Shown piece after piece: positions 39,101 to 50,839 of a stretch of 64,000 bases of DNA. Below the pieces are notes generated by a model. That model saw only the letters and a list, made by a program, of their open reading frames with translations. It was not told the origin of the DNA and did not search any database. Numbering within the stretch: position 1 is the first letter of the stretch; each line of letters begins with the position of its first letter. The stretch comes from Azolla caroliniana. Taxonomy: Eukaryota > Plantae > Polypodiophyta. The stretch spans positions 15,190,001-15,254,000 of the forward strand of contig JBHGNT010000010.1 in assembly GCA_043228905.1 (NCBI GenBank), given 5' to 3'. Both the position numbers and the translations under genes were made by a program.

Positions 39101-41004
39101 TTGAAAAACTGAACTTGAATTATTTGTGCAATCAAATTTCCTACAGTTCACATTGGATTTGCCAAATACACTTGAGGATTTGGCATGTCAAATTTGTAAT
39201 CAATGGCATCATAGGCTTTTGACATCATGATATCCCTTGTACGCTTGCAATTCATTATGCCAAGGATGCTTTTTCTTTTAGCATGCACTTAACTTTATGC
39301 TAGTATGGGCACTCAATGTTATCACTTGTATCCATATATGTTACTTGCTTCATTATTATCACTTGTATTGCCTTTAACTAGGTTCAAACTCTTGACCTTT
39401 CCATTCTTATGCACAATTCCTGCATAAACTTGACAATTCGGTGTTTTTCTCCCTTTGCACAAGCCACATCACAAACTATATATAAACATTGTACATTGAT
39501 ATACAACATATCTTTATCACAACTCTGACCGATCACTGTTTTCGGCTTCTGCCCTTGATGAGGTCCAAACATTTTGTCTTAACTCAAAAATCTTATGGCT
39601 TAAAATAATATTCTTCTACTCACCATGTCAGCTTTCATTAGGATTGTGAATTTGAGACGTTAAAATGATGCTTCCATCCATACATATCTTTATTTGATAG
39701 GTTGAGTGAAATGCCAAATAACACATGTATGAGGACTATGTCTTTTATGGCAACACAAATGATACAAAGCAACACTAGTTTTACTGCATAGAAACTATTA
39801 ATGTTGTGGCAATTGGTAAATACAACATTTCATCACCTTGTGATAACATGAATCAACATCTAAGTGGATGAGATAAAGAAAAGTACATTGCGGGCCTTGG
39901 CCAAATGAATTTAAGACTTCCTTGGAATTAGGACAAAAACTTGATAAATGCAACTATTGTGGATTATGTGTTGTATAAATATAGACTTGTTCTAACACTT
40001 GCATTAATAACCAGATGATGATGCAACAATTATGTGAAATAAGGCTCAAACCTTACCACAATAGCATGATGCAACCCCAAACAAAAAATGTTGCTAAAGC
40101 ACACAACTAAAAACTAACGACGGAAACAAAAAAACAAATATTCTCCAATCACCTGCTGATGAATGAAAATTATACAAGAATAACATACACATTGGCATGA
40201 AAAAAATTCCTTCACATTAAGAATAGCTCAAACACCACCATAAAAAGCGAAGCTTAGAGGGTTGGCAAAACTTTTACATATTCACAAGAAGAGGATTAGA
40301 CCGACAATGTTGCACAGGTGATAAAGCAAGCAATGAGGAAGACAAGAGAAGGCTGAAACAGATGAGAGACGATGAGAGGAGTTCAAAAGAGGGTCAAGAC
40401 CGTTGCAATTACGGTTGTGATGGCCACATAACTAAGGAAAATACAAGAGGTTGAGAAAGGTTCCAGACTGTTGCTGATGCAATACAACGAACCACATGAT
40501 GAAGGATGAGACAAGGGGAAGTTAGAAAAAGTTTACGACCATCACAAATGCATGATGTGAATGCATTACATGATGGTGACATTTGTACACGTAAAGATGT
40601 GGGTAAGAATCCATTTAATGTTTATCTTCTTGCTTCTAGATCGCCAACTACAAATAGACGCCTTACACTTTTTTGTATATGCACAATGCACACTTCATGG
40701 TATATTCCCAAGAAATATGTTACGTACAAGCGTCAAGCCTCTATCTATAGGAGGAGGTCGAGGAACAAACCCTATACATACACCATACAACATAAACGAA
40801 CATAAAATCATTTTTATTATTGATCCAGGAGAGTTGGTCCCTCGACACCACTCCTCTTCCATCGAGTATCTCTACGGATACTCGCCGTTAGCGAGAGAGG
40901 AGGGGGCGGGGGAACAATTTGCTTATAATCGAGATTTTTTCCATCTTATCAAGAAATTGTAACCCACATTGCACTTGCATTCACTCACATTGGATAACTG
41001 TTTT

Positions 41005-42107
41005 CTATTGACCATACGATCGTGACAAGGAGTGTGGAATGGTAGATAATCGGTGGGTAGAGCCTAGATCTAAGAGAGGTTTAGGGATAAAGGATTAGGG
41101 TTTAGAGTTTATGGTTGCTGACCTTGCGGTCGTAACAAGGAGTATGGAATGGTGGATCATCGGCGGGTAGAGATACGCGAAGAGAAACACCAAGCTTGAT
41201 TTGAGCGCACCCTAATCGAAGACGAGGTAGAGGACGGGGAGATAGAGACGACATGATTAAGAATAGGGGGTTAGATAAAACAGAGGGGTAAAGGGAGGGT
41301 ATTAACATACTAATTAAAAATAAAGTGCAAGAGAGAGAGGGAGGGAGGGAAGGAGTGAGATTAACATGCAATTAAGCCTAGGATTAAAAATAAAAATACG
41401 AGATTAAAGACATAATTAAAATTTAAAAACGAGGCGTAAAGGGAGGGGAGAGGATTAACATACTAAGGCTAAACATAAACACTAATGGAAACGATTAAGA
41501 CATAAACATAATAAGAAAAAAATAACATAATCCAAAAACTAAAGCATAATCATAAATCTAGAAACATAAACCTAAAAACAAGGTAAGCGGAGGGTAATGT
41601 GAGAGAGAGAGAGAGATTAAAACATAATTAAGTCTATGTTGAAAACTAAAAACGAGAGTAAAAACACAGTTAAAAATTCAAAGAGGGGTAAGGGGGGACG
41701 AGGGGATTAACATCCTAATAAAAACAAGATTAAAACCTAATTAAAAGGAAGAGAGAGAGAAAGAAACATAATTAAAACATGTAATTATCATTAAAAAAAA
41801 TTACATGGTGTTTAGGGTTTGGTCTTATGGTACCGATGAGCCCTTAGGGGCAAAACTAGTTTGCCAGTAGCATTAGACCATGCCCCCCACCCCCAAACCC
41901 CATATAATTTTTTTTACTAATAATTACATGTTTTAATTATGTTTCTTTCTTTCTTTCTTTCTTTCTCTCTCTCTCCCTTTTAATTAGGTTTTAAACTTGT
42001 TTTTTAATTAGGATGTTAATCCCCTCGTCTCCCCTTACCCCTCTTTTTAAGTTGTAACTATGTTTTTAATCTCGTTTTTAATTTTAATCTTAGACTTAAT
42101 TATGTTT

Positions 42108-42154
<47 letters not shown>

Positions 42155-42746
42155 TCTCTCTCACACACACACACCCCTCCCCTTACCTTGCTTTTGTGTT
42201 TATGTTTTTAGATTTATGATTATGTTTTAATTCTTGGATTATGTTATTTTTTAACTTATTATGTTTATATGTTAATCGTTTCCATTTGTGTTTATGTTTA
42301 GCCTTAGTATGTTAATCCTCTCCCCTCCTCTTACTCCTCGTTTTTAAATTTTATTTAAATCTTTAATCTCGTTTTTTTATTTTTAATCCTAAGCTTAATT
42401 ATGTGTTAACCTCTCTCCTCTCCCTCTCTCTCTTGCACTTTACTTTTAATTAATATGTTAATCCCCTCCCTTAACCCCTCTGTTTTGTCTAACCCCCTAT
42501 TCCTAATCGTGTCGTCTCCCTCCCCTTCCTCTACCTCGTCTTCGGGTTTGGTGTGCTGAAATTGAGCTTGGTGTTCCTCTTCGCCTACCTCTACCCGCTG
42601 ATGATCCACCATTCCACACTCCTTGTTACAACCTACAAGGTCGTCAACCCTAAACCCTATAGCCCTCCTAAACCCCTAAACCCTAAACCTCTCTTACATG
42701 TAGGCTCTACCCACCGATGATCTACCATTCTGTATGGTCAACATAG
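41005..42746. mobile_element. ~1.74-kb palindromic (fold-back) insertion with a hammerhead-like apex
   Basis: The left arm (~41005-41832) is the diverged reverse complement of the right arm (~41862-42746); ends are CTATTGACCATAC / GTATGGTCAACATAG. The insert is absent from the paralogous site at ~48385-48400. Possible TA TSD (41006-41007, 42744-42745). Confidence 0.85.
41828..41866 (+). ncRNA. Degenerate minimal type I hammerhead ribozyme motif
   Basis: TGGTA-CCGATGA-GCCC ttag GGGC-AAAA-C TA G-TT-TGCCA, against consensus stemI-CUGAUGA-stemII-GAAA-stemIII-UH-stemI'. Two core substitutions (U4C, G12A). Confidence 0.65.
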
Positions 42747-42789
42747 AATTTTCCCACCACTTTTTAGTTGCCCTAATTAAGGTTTTAAA

Positions 42790-43830
42790 TACGATCACAC
42801 ATGCTAGGATAGGTGACCACGCAATACCACTTGATACAATAAAATCTCAGTGGTTCTTGAAGACCAACACAAGATAGCTTTCGCCATTTGAATTTGGGAC
42901 TTCTGCATACAAATAGATGATGTTCGGCCTAATAACTGCACTAAGCACCTATCAATGAGGGGCAAACCATATCTTCGCCTCCAAACTATGAGATGGCATT
43001 GAATCTTACGTCAACGACCTCTATTGTCACTCGAGGTGGAATGACTACCTCACTATTGCACATCACATTTGAAAAATGCCGAGAGTATTAACTCTCCCTT
43101 ATTGCCCTCAAATGTTAGTTTTGGGTCAAACACAATCTACTCAGGAATGGTGTGTCAAAGGATGGTATCTCCATTGATGAGTGAAAATCAAGCTCATACT
43201 TGACATGCAACACCCAATTAACAAAAAGCCACTGCAAGGGTTCATGAGATATGCAAGTTACACCCCGTCATTTCATTAAGATGTTCACACCCTACTCAAG
43301 AAGTGCACCTTGACCGAGGAGTGTACCGAAGCATTTTACAACCTCAAAGACTGCCTAGCCAAGGCACCAATTCTTTAGTCACCTGAATGGGATAAGGAGT
43401 TTCATGTACACACCGACCCCTCCACCTTTTAGGTAAGAGTGGTGTTAGCCCAACCCAGGGTCAAAACTCTCGATTTTCCCATCACATTCACCACCCATCA
43501 AGTTAATGCGGCCAAGCAAAATTACTCCACAACCGAATGTAAGGCCTAGCTATGATTTACGAGGTAAAGAAATTTTGACATTACTACTGCCACTTTTCTT
43601 TCTATGTGGACCACCAAGCTTTACTATACCTGGTCAACAAGACCCATACCATTGGGCGAATTTCAAGATGGATCGTCACCCTCTTGGAGTTCGATTTTAG
43701 GGTAATAGTTCAAAAAGTTAAGAACCACATCCTCGCCGACCATTTCTCATGGTTAACAAGTGGTGAAGAAGCAAAAGCCATTATAGATGAAGCCCCAAAA
43801 ACAGCTCTCTTCATTGTCAACAACGTGTCT
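42790..43830 (+). pseudogene. Degraded Ty3/gypsy RT-RNase H (copy 1)
   Basis: EDQHKIAF, MMFGLITALSTYQ, SYVNDL (YVDD), EFHVHTD, KQNYSTTE, VDHQALLYLVNK…GRISRWIVTLLEFDF, NHILADHFS; many stops and frameshifts. Confidence 0.85.
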
Positions 43831-44480
43831 TCTTGGGGCATCTAACATCGTATGTGTACTCACCAAAGGCGCCCTACTTTTGAAAAAGCTCAACATGCAT
43901 AGACCCGTATGTTTTAACAGAAGTGTGGCACAATATTCAACATAGGCCAAAAGTCCTCTTCGTTAACCCCAACCAAAAATTGTTTGAACATCATCATCAC
44001 CAACATTTAGCACAAGCCAGCCATCAAGCATCGACATATCCTCTTCCTAGGACATTCTCCCGTCGACAACACCCAACCAACCCCAAAATTACTTATATCC
44101 AATTATTATACTAATTATCCCCGCTTTTTCACCCACTATCACACTTCCAACTCACGCCCTCATAACTCAACTACTTATCGCATAAAAAACTTGTCCCCTA
44201 CATAAAAACTCATTGCATAACAAAACAACGGCAACACCTCATCCCCCTCAAAAACAATTAGGTGACCCACATTCTAGTAGGCCAAGAAACGGGTAGCTAG
44301 GTGTGCTAAACGGGTATCTAACAAGGTAAATGTTTGTTTTATCTACTTAATAGCCCCCCCTCTACCCAAGGCACATATGTAATTAGGTAAAGCACATATA
44401 TAGTACAAATAAAAATGGTATAGGAGGAGAAAGACAAGAAGAAAGAAAGAGGAGAGAGAAAGAGAAAGGAAAGGGGAGAG

Positions 44481-45560
44481 AAAGAGTGCGTGCAAGGAGA
44501 GAATTCAAATTTGAATTTATATTAAAATGTTGTCTTTATAACATGAGCTACTCAATGCAAAAGACCATATACAAGAGTAGGAAAGGTTTATATAGGGGAA
44601 GAGAGAAGGGAGTGGGGTTTTAAATGTGTGTAAAGGATGATATGGGAGTTAGGGGGTAGTGTGTGTAATGAGGTATAACATAATAAGTGTCATGGGGAGT
44701 GACGTTTTAAAGAGAATTTGGGGATTTAATATATTTGGTTCTAATATAAATGTAGGGATTTGGACTTAATTCAACATGTAAAAGGTTTAGGGATATCTTT
44801 TAGTTCGGGATCTAGGCTAGGTCGGCGTGTAAGTCATGTAAAAGTGAGTGGATACCTAATTTCGAAGAGGTTTTAGAATATCTAAGCTTAAAGATGTTAA
44901 GGGTAAGGGGGGATTTGGTTTTATGTTTTTGAAGAAGGATATTCGGAAGGGAGAAACATAAACATAAACCCAAATCCTCCCTTACCCCTACCATCTTGAG
45001 GCTTAAGTACTTTAAAAACTCTGTCACATTAGGCATCCACTCACTTTTACATGACTTACACGCCGACCTTAGCCTAGATCCCAACTAAAAGTTATCCCTA
45101 AACCTTTTATATGATGGACTAAGTCCAAGTCCCTACATTCATATAATAGATCTCCAAATTCTCTTTCAAATATCACTCCCCATCACTCATGCTAAAAGTT
45201 ATCCCTAAAACTTTTAGATGATGGACTAAGTCCAAATCCCTACATTCATATAATAGATCTCCAAATTCTCTTTCAAATATCACTCCCCATCACTCATGCT
45301 ATCGCTCATTATATTCACTACCTCTCTAACTCCCATATCCTCCTTATTTTTAAAACCGTTCTCCTTTCCTCCCTCTCATCCATCCCCACCACTAACTAGC
45401 CTTATCTCTTCCCTCCTCTTCCCCTGTATAAACCCTTTCTAATATTGTATATGGTCTTTTCCATTGAGGAGCTCATTTTGAGCGAAATTAGTTTACAGAA
45501 AGACCACATTTTAATATAAATTTGAATTTGAATTCTCTCCTTCTACATACACACTCTCTT
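44481..45560. repeat. Second large palindrome (arms ~44481-44928 and ~44952-45560)
   Basis: GGTCGGCGTGTAAGTCATGTAAAAGTGAGTGGAT pairs with ATCCACTCACTTTTACATGACTTACACGCCGACC, and GGAGAGAATTCAAATTTGAATTTATATTAAAATG with CATTTTAATATAAATTTGAATTTGAATTCTCTCC. The right arm contains a 107-bp tandem duplication (45085-45298). Confidence 0.9.
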
Positions 45561-46800
45561 AAGGCATTACATTATTTAATGCATTAAGGAGATTCTATTC
45601 CTCCCATAGGCATTAGATTATTTAATGCACTAGGGACATTCCATTCTCCAAATAAGTACTCGAGTACATTAGGTTATTGAATGCACTAGGGAGATTCCAT
45701 TTCCCATGTGCACCTTGGTAATGGTACACAGGCTACAAGCCCATGACTCACACCTTGAGTCATGGATGTCTTCTCTACCCGTCGAGAAAGGCCCATAACC
45801 TCAATCTGTCGAGGTGGTGTGTTGTGGTTCCAATCACAGACTCAACACCTCGAGTGTGTTACAACGTCGACATGCGAGTCTGAACTGATCGATGATCCAC
45901 CCTTATCACAAAATTTCGGTAGTATCAAAGCGAACTCACTACAATTACGCTTGCAACTTGCGAGAATTGTGAATTCAAAGGTAATGCTCTTTTAAATAGC
46001 CTTCTTGAAGTGCTAATTCTAATAATGGTTGTGTGCTAGAAAATATGTATGCACCAACCATGGAAGTGGCTACCAATGCCTCTGTTACTTCCAACCTAGG
46101 AAATGTGTCATCCAATAAATCCTCCTCGAAACCTCTGTCTACGCGTTAAGGAACTCAAGACGAGAGTTGCCTTACTTGAAAGTGAAACCGGCAATCTCAT
46201 CACTACGATCGGGGACACGAATGCGGAGTTTGTGCGCCTACTACTTGCCAAAGAGTCTAGAGCCGAGAATGACGAGAGAAAAGAAATGGCCCAACGCACC
46301 GATGAAACTCAATGTGTGAAGACTCGTGAACCCGAAAGCTACAATGGAGTTCAAAATGCCCACGTTTTAGAGAACTTCATTCTTCCTAGGTGCCCACGTG
46401 TATCCTCAATGAGGCGGACTGTATCTTCCATTGCTCCACCTTCTTGGCCGGAGATACTAAGCTATGGTGGCGCAACTATCATTGAATAACGTTCATGGAA
46501 AGGGACCCATGCCTGTGAATATGTGGGAAGAATTAAATGAGACTCTCAATAAACAATTTCATCCCTCTAATTTCGAGTGGAAGACTCGACAACAACTCGA
46601 CCTACTTCATCACATGAAGCATATCAAGGATTATATTAAATCCTTTTGTGCTCTTATGTTACAAATTCGCTCCATGGGAGAACAACATCGTTTCAGTGCA
46701 TTACAGACCGGTTATAAAAGTGGGCTCAAAATGAACTCCGGTGACAAAATGTAACAACTCTTACGGTCACATATGAAGCGACAGATCGTCTCACTGTTTG
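45561..46800 (+). mobile_element. Ty3/gypsy 5' fragment: partial LTR, decayed iMet PBS, gag remnant
   Basis: PBS-like TAGTATCAAAGC at 45920-45931. Gag motifs REPESYNG…VLENF and WEELNETLNKQFHPSNFEWKTRQQLDLLHH…IKDYIKSF. Confidence 0.8.
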
Positions 46801-47086
46801 ACAGTCGAAATATGCAAAAACTCTATTGAATTCCATTTCTCAATGGCCACAACGTTCTTGTCAAAGGAACTTCCATAATTGAAAGAGAATTCTGAGACTC
46901 TTGCGCATCTTTGAGAGTTCAAAGTAATTATCATCACTTCAACCAACACAGAAGGGGAGACTTATTTCTCATGGAGCGGCTTTAAGAAAAGTGCAGGGAA
47001 GGCAAAGTACTCTCAAGGTGGCTCCTCCAATGTCAAAGACAAAGAAAAGAGGGGCCCTCTAAATTTGACAACAAACAATGCTCATC

Positions 47087-47592
47087 CATATTTTCTAGCA
47101 CAACCGTTACTAGAATTAGCACTTCAAGAAGACTATTTAAAAGAACATTATCTTCGAATTCACAATTCTCACAAATTGCAAGCGTAATCGTAGCCAATTC
47201 GCTCTGATACAATGTAACACCACCAAACTTTTGTGATAAGAGTGGATCACTAATTGGTTCGGGCTCGCATATCGACATTGTAACACACCCGATGTGTTGA
47301 GGGGTTCCGTGATTGGAACCACAACTCACCACCTCGACAGATTGAGGCAAGGCCCTTTCTTGATGGGTAAAGAAAACACACATGACTTAAGGTGTGAGTC
47401 ATGTGAGTCATGGGCTTGTGGCATGTGTATCATTGCCAATGTGCACACGGGGAATGGAATCTCTCTAGTGCATTCAACAACCTAATGTACTCAAGTACCT
47501 ATGTGGGGAATAGAATGTCCCTAATGCATTTAATAATCTAATGCTTATGGGAGGAATAGAATCTCCCTAGTGCATTAAATAATGTAATGCTT
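47087..47592 (-). mobile_element. Inverted copy of the same gypsy LTR end, PBS and leader
   Basis: Diverged reverse complement of 45561-46047. On the minus strand …GTGTTACA (47213) is followed by PBS TTGTATCAGAGC (47201-47212). Confidence 0.82.
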
Positions 47593-48242
47593 ATGAGAGC
47601 AATGGAATCTCCCTAAAGTGTACTCAATACCGTTATAATAAATATAAGGTACTCATATACCATACAAGGGGACTTACGAGGGAATGAAGAGTGATCTTCT
47701 ATTTATTTAAGTTGGACAAAGGGTGGTTCAACAAAGGATCTTCTCTCACTTAATCATTGATTCTTGCATACGAGGAGCGTCGACACACAAGTCGAACCAA
47801 TCGGGAATGTACTCGTATCACAAAATTTCGATAGTGTTACACTCCGCGCTCCTTTGCATTAAATGCATATATCCCTTCCCCCTTTAGAAAAAGATTCCTT
47901 AATCTACGTGGTGTTATTAGAGATTCAAACTCTACACCTATAGTACTAAGTTAATGGCACTAACTACTAAGCCATTCATTTGTCTTTATTGCAAAATTAT
48001 TTACATAACTATATGTGCACAATCTTATCTCTCTTTTTCTCTCCTCCGTCTTCACACGTGCTTGCATATTTTCTCTCATGCTTGCACTCCATTTCTTTGA
48101 CTTTGTTCACCTGCGTTTCTCACCTTTGGCATGCCATGTCACGACAACATGTATCTAATAATATCTACTTTCTCCCAAAGGTGCACAAATAAATTACAAA
48201 GGTATTGAACATGTAAACTTTAGTCTAGATGAGATTCCCTTC

Positions 48243-50839
48243 ACCCTATACATACACCATACAACAAAATGAACATAAATCATTTTTATTACTTAAGTAT
48301 TTACTTATAATCGAGATATTTTCCCTCTTATCAAGGAATTGTAAGCCACATTGCTCTTGCATTCTTCCACACATCAAATAAGTGTTTTCTTTTCATTTTC
48401 TCACCCCTTTTTAGATCCTCTGATTGAGGCTTTATATAAGATCATATGATAGGATAGGTGACCACATGGTACCAGTCGATACAACCAAATCTCAATGGTT
48501 CTTGAAGACCAGCATAAGATAGCTTTCGCTACTGAGTTTCGGCCGTTCACATACAAATAGATGTTGTTCGGCCTCACAATTGCATTAAGCACCTATCAAC
48601 AAGGGGCAAACCACATCTTAGCCTCCAAACTAAGAGACGGCATTGAATCTTATGTTGATGACCTTTGTTGCCATTGAAAGTGGAATGACCACCTCTCACT
48701 ATTGCGCATTACATTGTCGTGACACATGACATGCCAAAGGTGTGAAATGTGGGTAAACAAGGACAAAGGAATGAACTGCAAGCGTGGGGAAAAGAGGAAG
48801 AAAGAAGAAATCTGCGAGCATGTATGAAGGGAGAAAAGGAAAAGGGAGATAGAATGTGCACACATATAGATATGTAAATAATTACACAACACAAAAAAGT
48901 GAATCGCTTAGTGGTTAGTGCCATTGACTTACTATTGTAGGGGCAAAGTTTGAATCTCTAACAACGCGATGTGGATTTATTCCTTTGCCTTTTCTTTTTC
49001 AAAAGGGGAAAAGAATAAATGCATTTAATACAAATGAGGCAACCTCCTATAAAAGGAGAAGGGGGGGAGCTCATTTTACAGGTTCATTATTTAAGCATCT
49101 CAATGGGCGTTTTGGGGTTTCAAGAGCTCTTCTTCCTTTCCTCTCTTACTTCCATTAACTTCAACTTATCTTAGGTTAGAGTATCGGCGTTCAAGTAAAG
49201 AAAGCTAGCAAATGGCAAGCGCAACGATCGTTTGGAATGGGAGGACGAAGTGGAACGAGAACTATTGCGATTAAAGGCAACATAACCATCAAAGATAGTC
49301 ACGGTCTTGGCGGCCCATTAGGCTTCAATGGGCGTTTTGGGATTTCAAGAGCTCTCCTCCTCCCGTTAGCTTCTGCTCATCTTGGGTTAGAGTGTCGACA
49401 TTTAGATAAAGAAAGCGAGGAGACAACGAGCGCACCAACTGTTTGGAAGGGAAGGACGACGTGGCACAAGAACTATTCTAATTCAAGGCAATGTGGCCAT
49501 TGGAGATAGTTGCAATCTCGACGGCCCACTAGGCTCACCTTCACTGGAAGCTTCCCTTCTCTCTTTCTTGTTTCCTCGCTTAAGCTTGAGATTAACTCAT
49601 AATAGATCATCCTATTCATGTAACTCCTACCATGGCTAATAAGCCCTATTTTATTCAAGGATTCATTTGAGAAATCTTAACTATTGTTCCTAACACGACT
49701 TCCTCGATCCTAATCTCGTGTTTAGCTGTTAATTGCACGTTACTCTCCATTTCGTGCTTAGGTCATTTCTTGCTCGTGTCGTCGCACCTCATGCACTCAT
49801 GTGGCAAGGCTTTGGTCGACATGGGAAGCGACAAGTACAATCGCCGAGGGAGGTCGTAGACAGAGGCCGACGAGAGGTCGATGAGAGATATCAGCGAGTA
49901 ACAAGAGAGGTCGACAAGAAAAGCCGACAAGTGGATCGACTGACAAGAAGCTTGTCCGGATAGAGCGTGTTGGACAAGAGTAATCATCTAACTTGGACAA
50001 ACAAGTAGAGTGTTCGACATCACCATCATCTTCATCTCTGGCTTACCCCATCTTTCCAACTCACTAGTTCAAGACCCCCGTGGTTTGGTTCGAGTAACAC
50101 ACACACACACACACACGTTTACGAGATAATGTTCAAAAAAAGCCAAGATTATTAACTCTCCCTTATTCCCTTCAAATGCTAGTTTTGGTTCAAACATAGT
50201 CTAATCCTAGGTCATGTCATGTCAAAGGATAGTATCTCCACTAATGAAGTGAAAATCAATCTCATACTTAACATGCAACACCCAACCAACAAAAAGCAAC
50301 TACAAGGGTTCATGGGATACACAATGTACACCGTCATTTCATTAAGATGTTCATTGTGAAAGCTAGACCCCTCTACAACCTACACAAGAAGTATACCTTG
50401 ATCGAGGAGTGTACCCGAGAATTCAACCACCTCAAAGATTGCCTAACCAATGCACCAATTCTTTAGTCACCTGAATGGGATAAGGAGTTTCATGTACACA
50501 CTAACCGCCTCCACCTTTGTCTAGGAGTGGCGCTCGCCCAACCTAGGATCAAAACTCTCAATTTTCCCATCACTTTTCGCCACCCATCAAGTCAACGCAG
50601 CCAAGCAAAATTACTCCACAACCAAATGTGAGGCCTACCTATGATTTACAAGGTAAAGAAATTTTGACATTACTTGTGCCACTTATCTTTCTATGTGGAC
50701 TACCAAGCTTTACTATACCTAGTCAACAAGACCCGTGCCATTGGGCAAATTTCCTTGCCAACCACTTCTCATGGATAACAGATGGTGAAGAAGCAAACGC
50801 CATTGAAGATGAAGCCCCAAACTTAGCTCTCTTCGCCAT
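48243..50839 (+). pseudogene. Second copy of the 40790-43830 segment (degraded gypsy RT-RNase H) with its own ~1.4-kb insertion at 48715-~50130
   Basis: 48243-48390 matches 40790-41004, 48400-48714 matches 42750-43070, and 50135-50839 matches 43075-43820. Confidence 0.85.
48715..50130 (+). mobile_element. LTR-derived insertion (starts TGTCGTGAC); contains a ~225-bp tandem duplication at 49100-49530
   Basis: Interrupts the gypsy RT relative to copy 1. Its first ~320 bp are the inverse of 47852-48146. The right boundary is uncertain. Confidence 0.6.

Noticed and set aside
39550-39575. TTGATGAGGTCCAAAC as a hammerhead relic
   Set aside because: Stem II is too short, there is no GAAA and no flanking stem; chance match.
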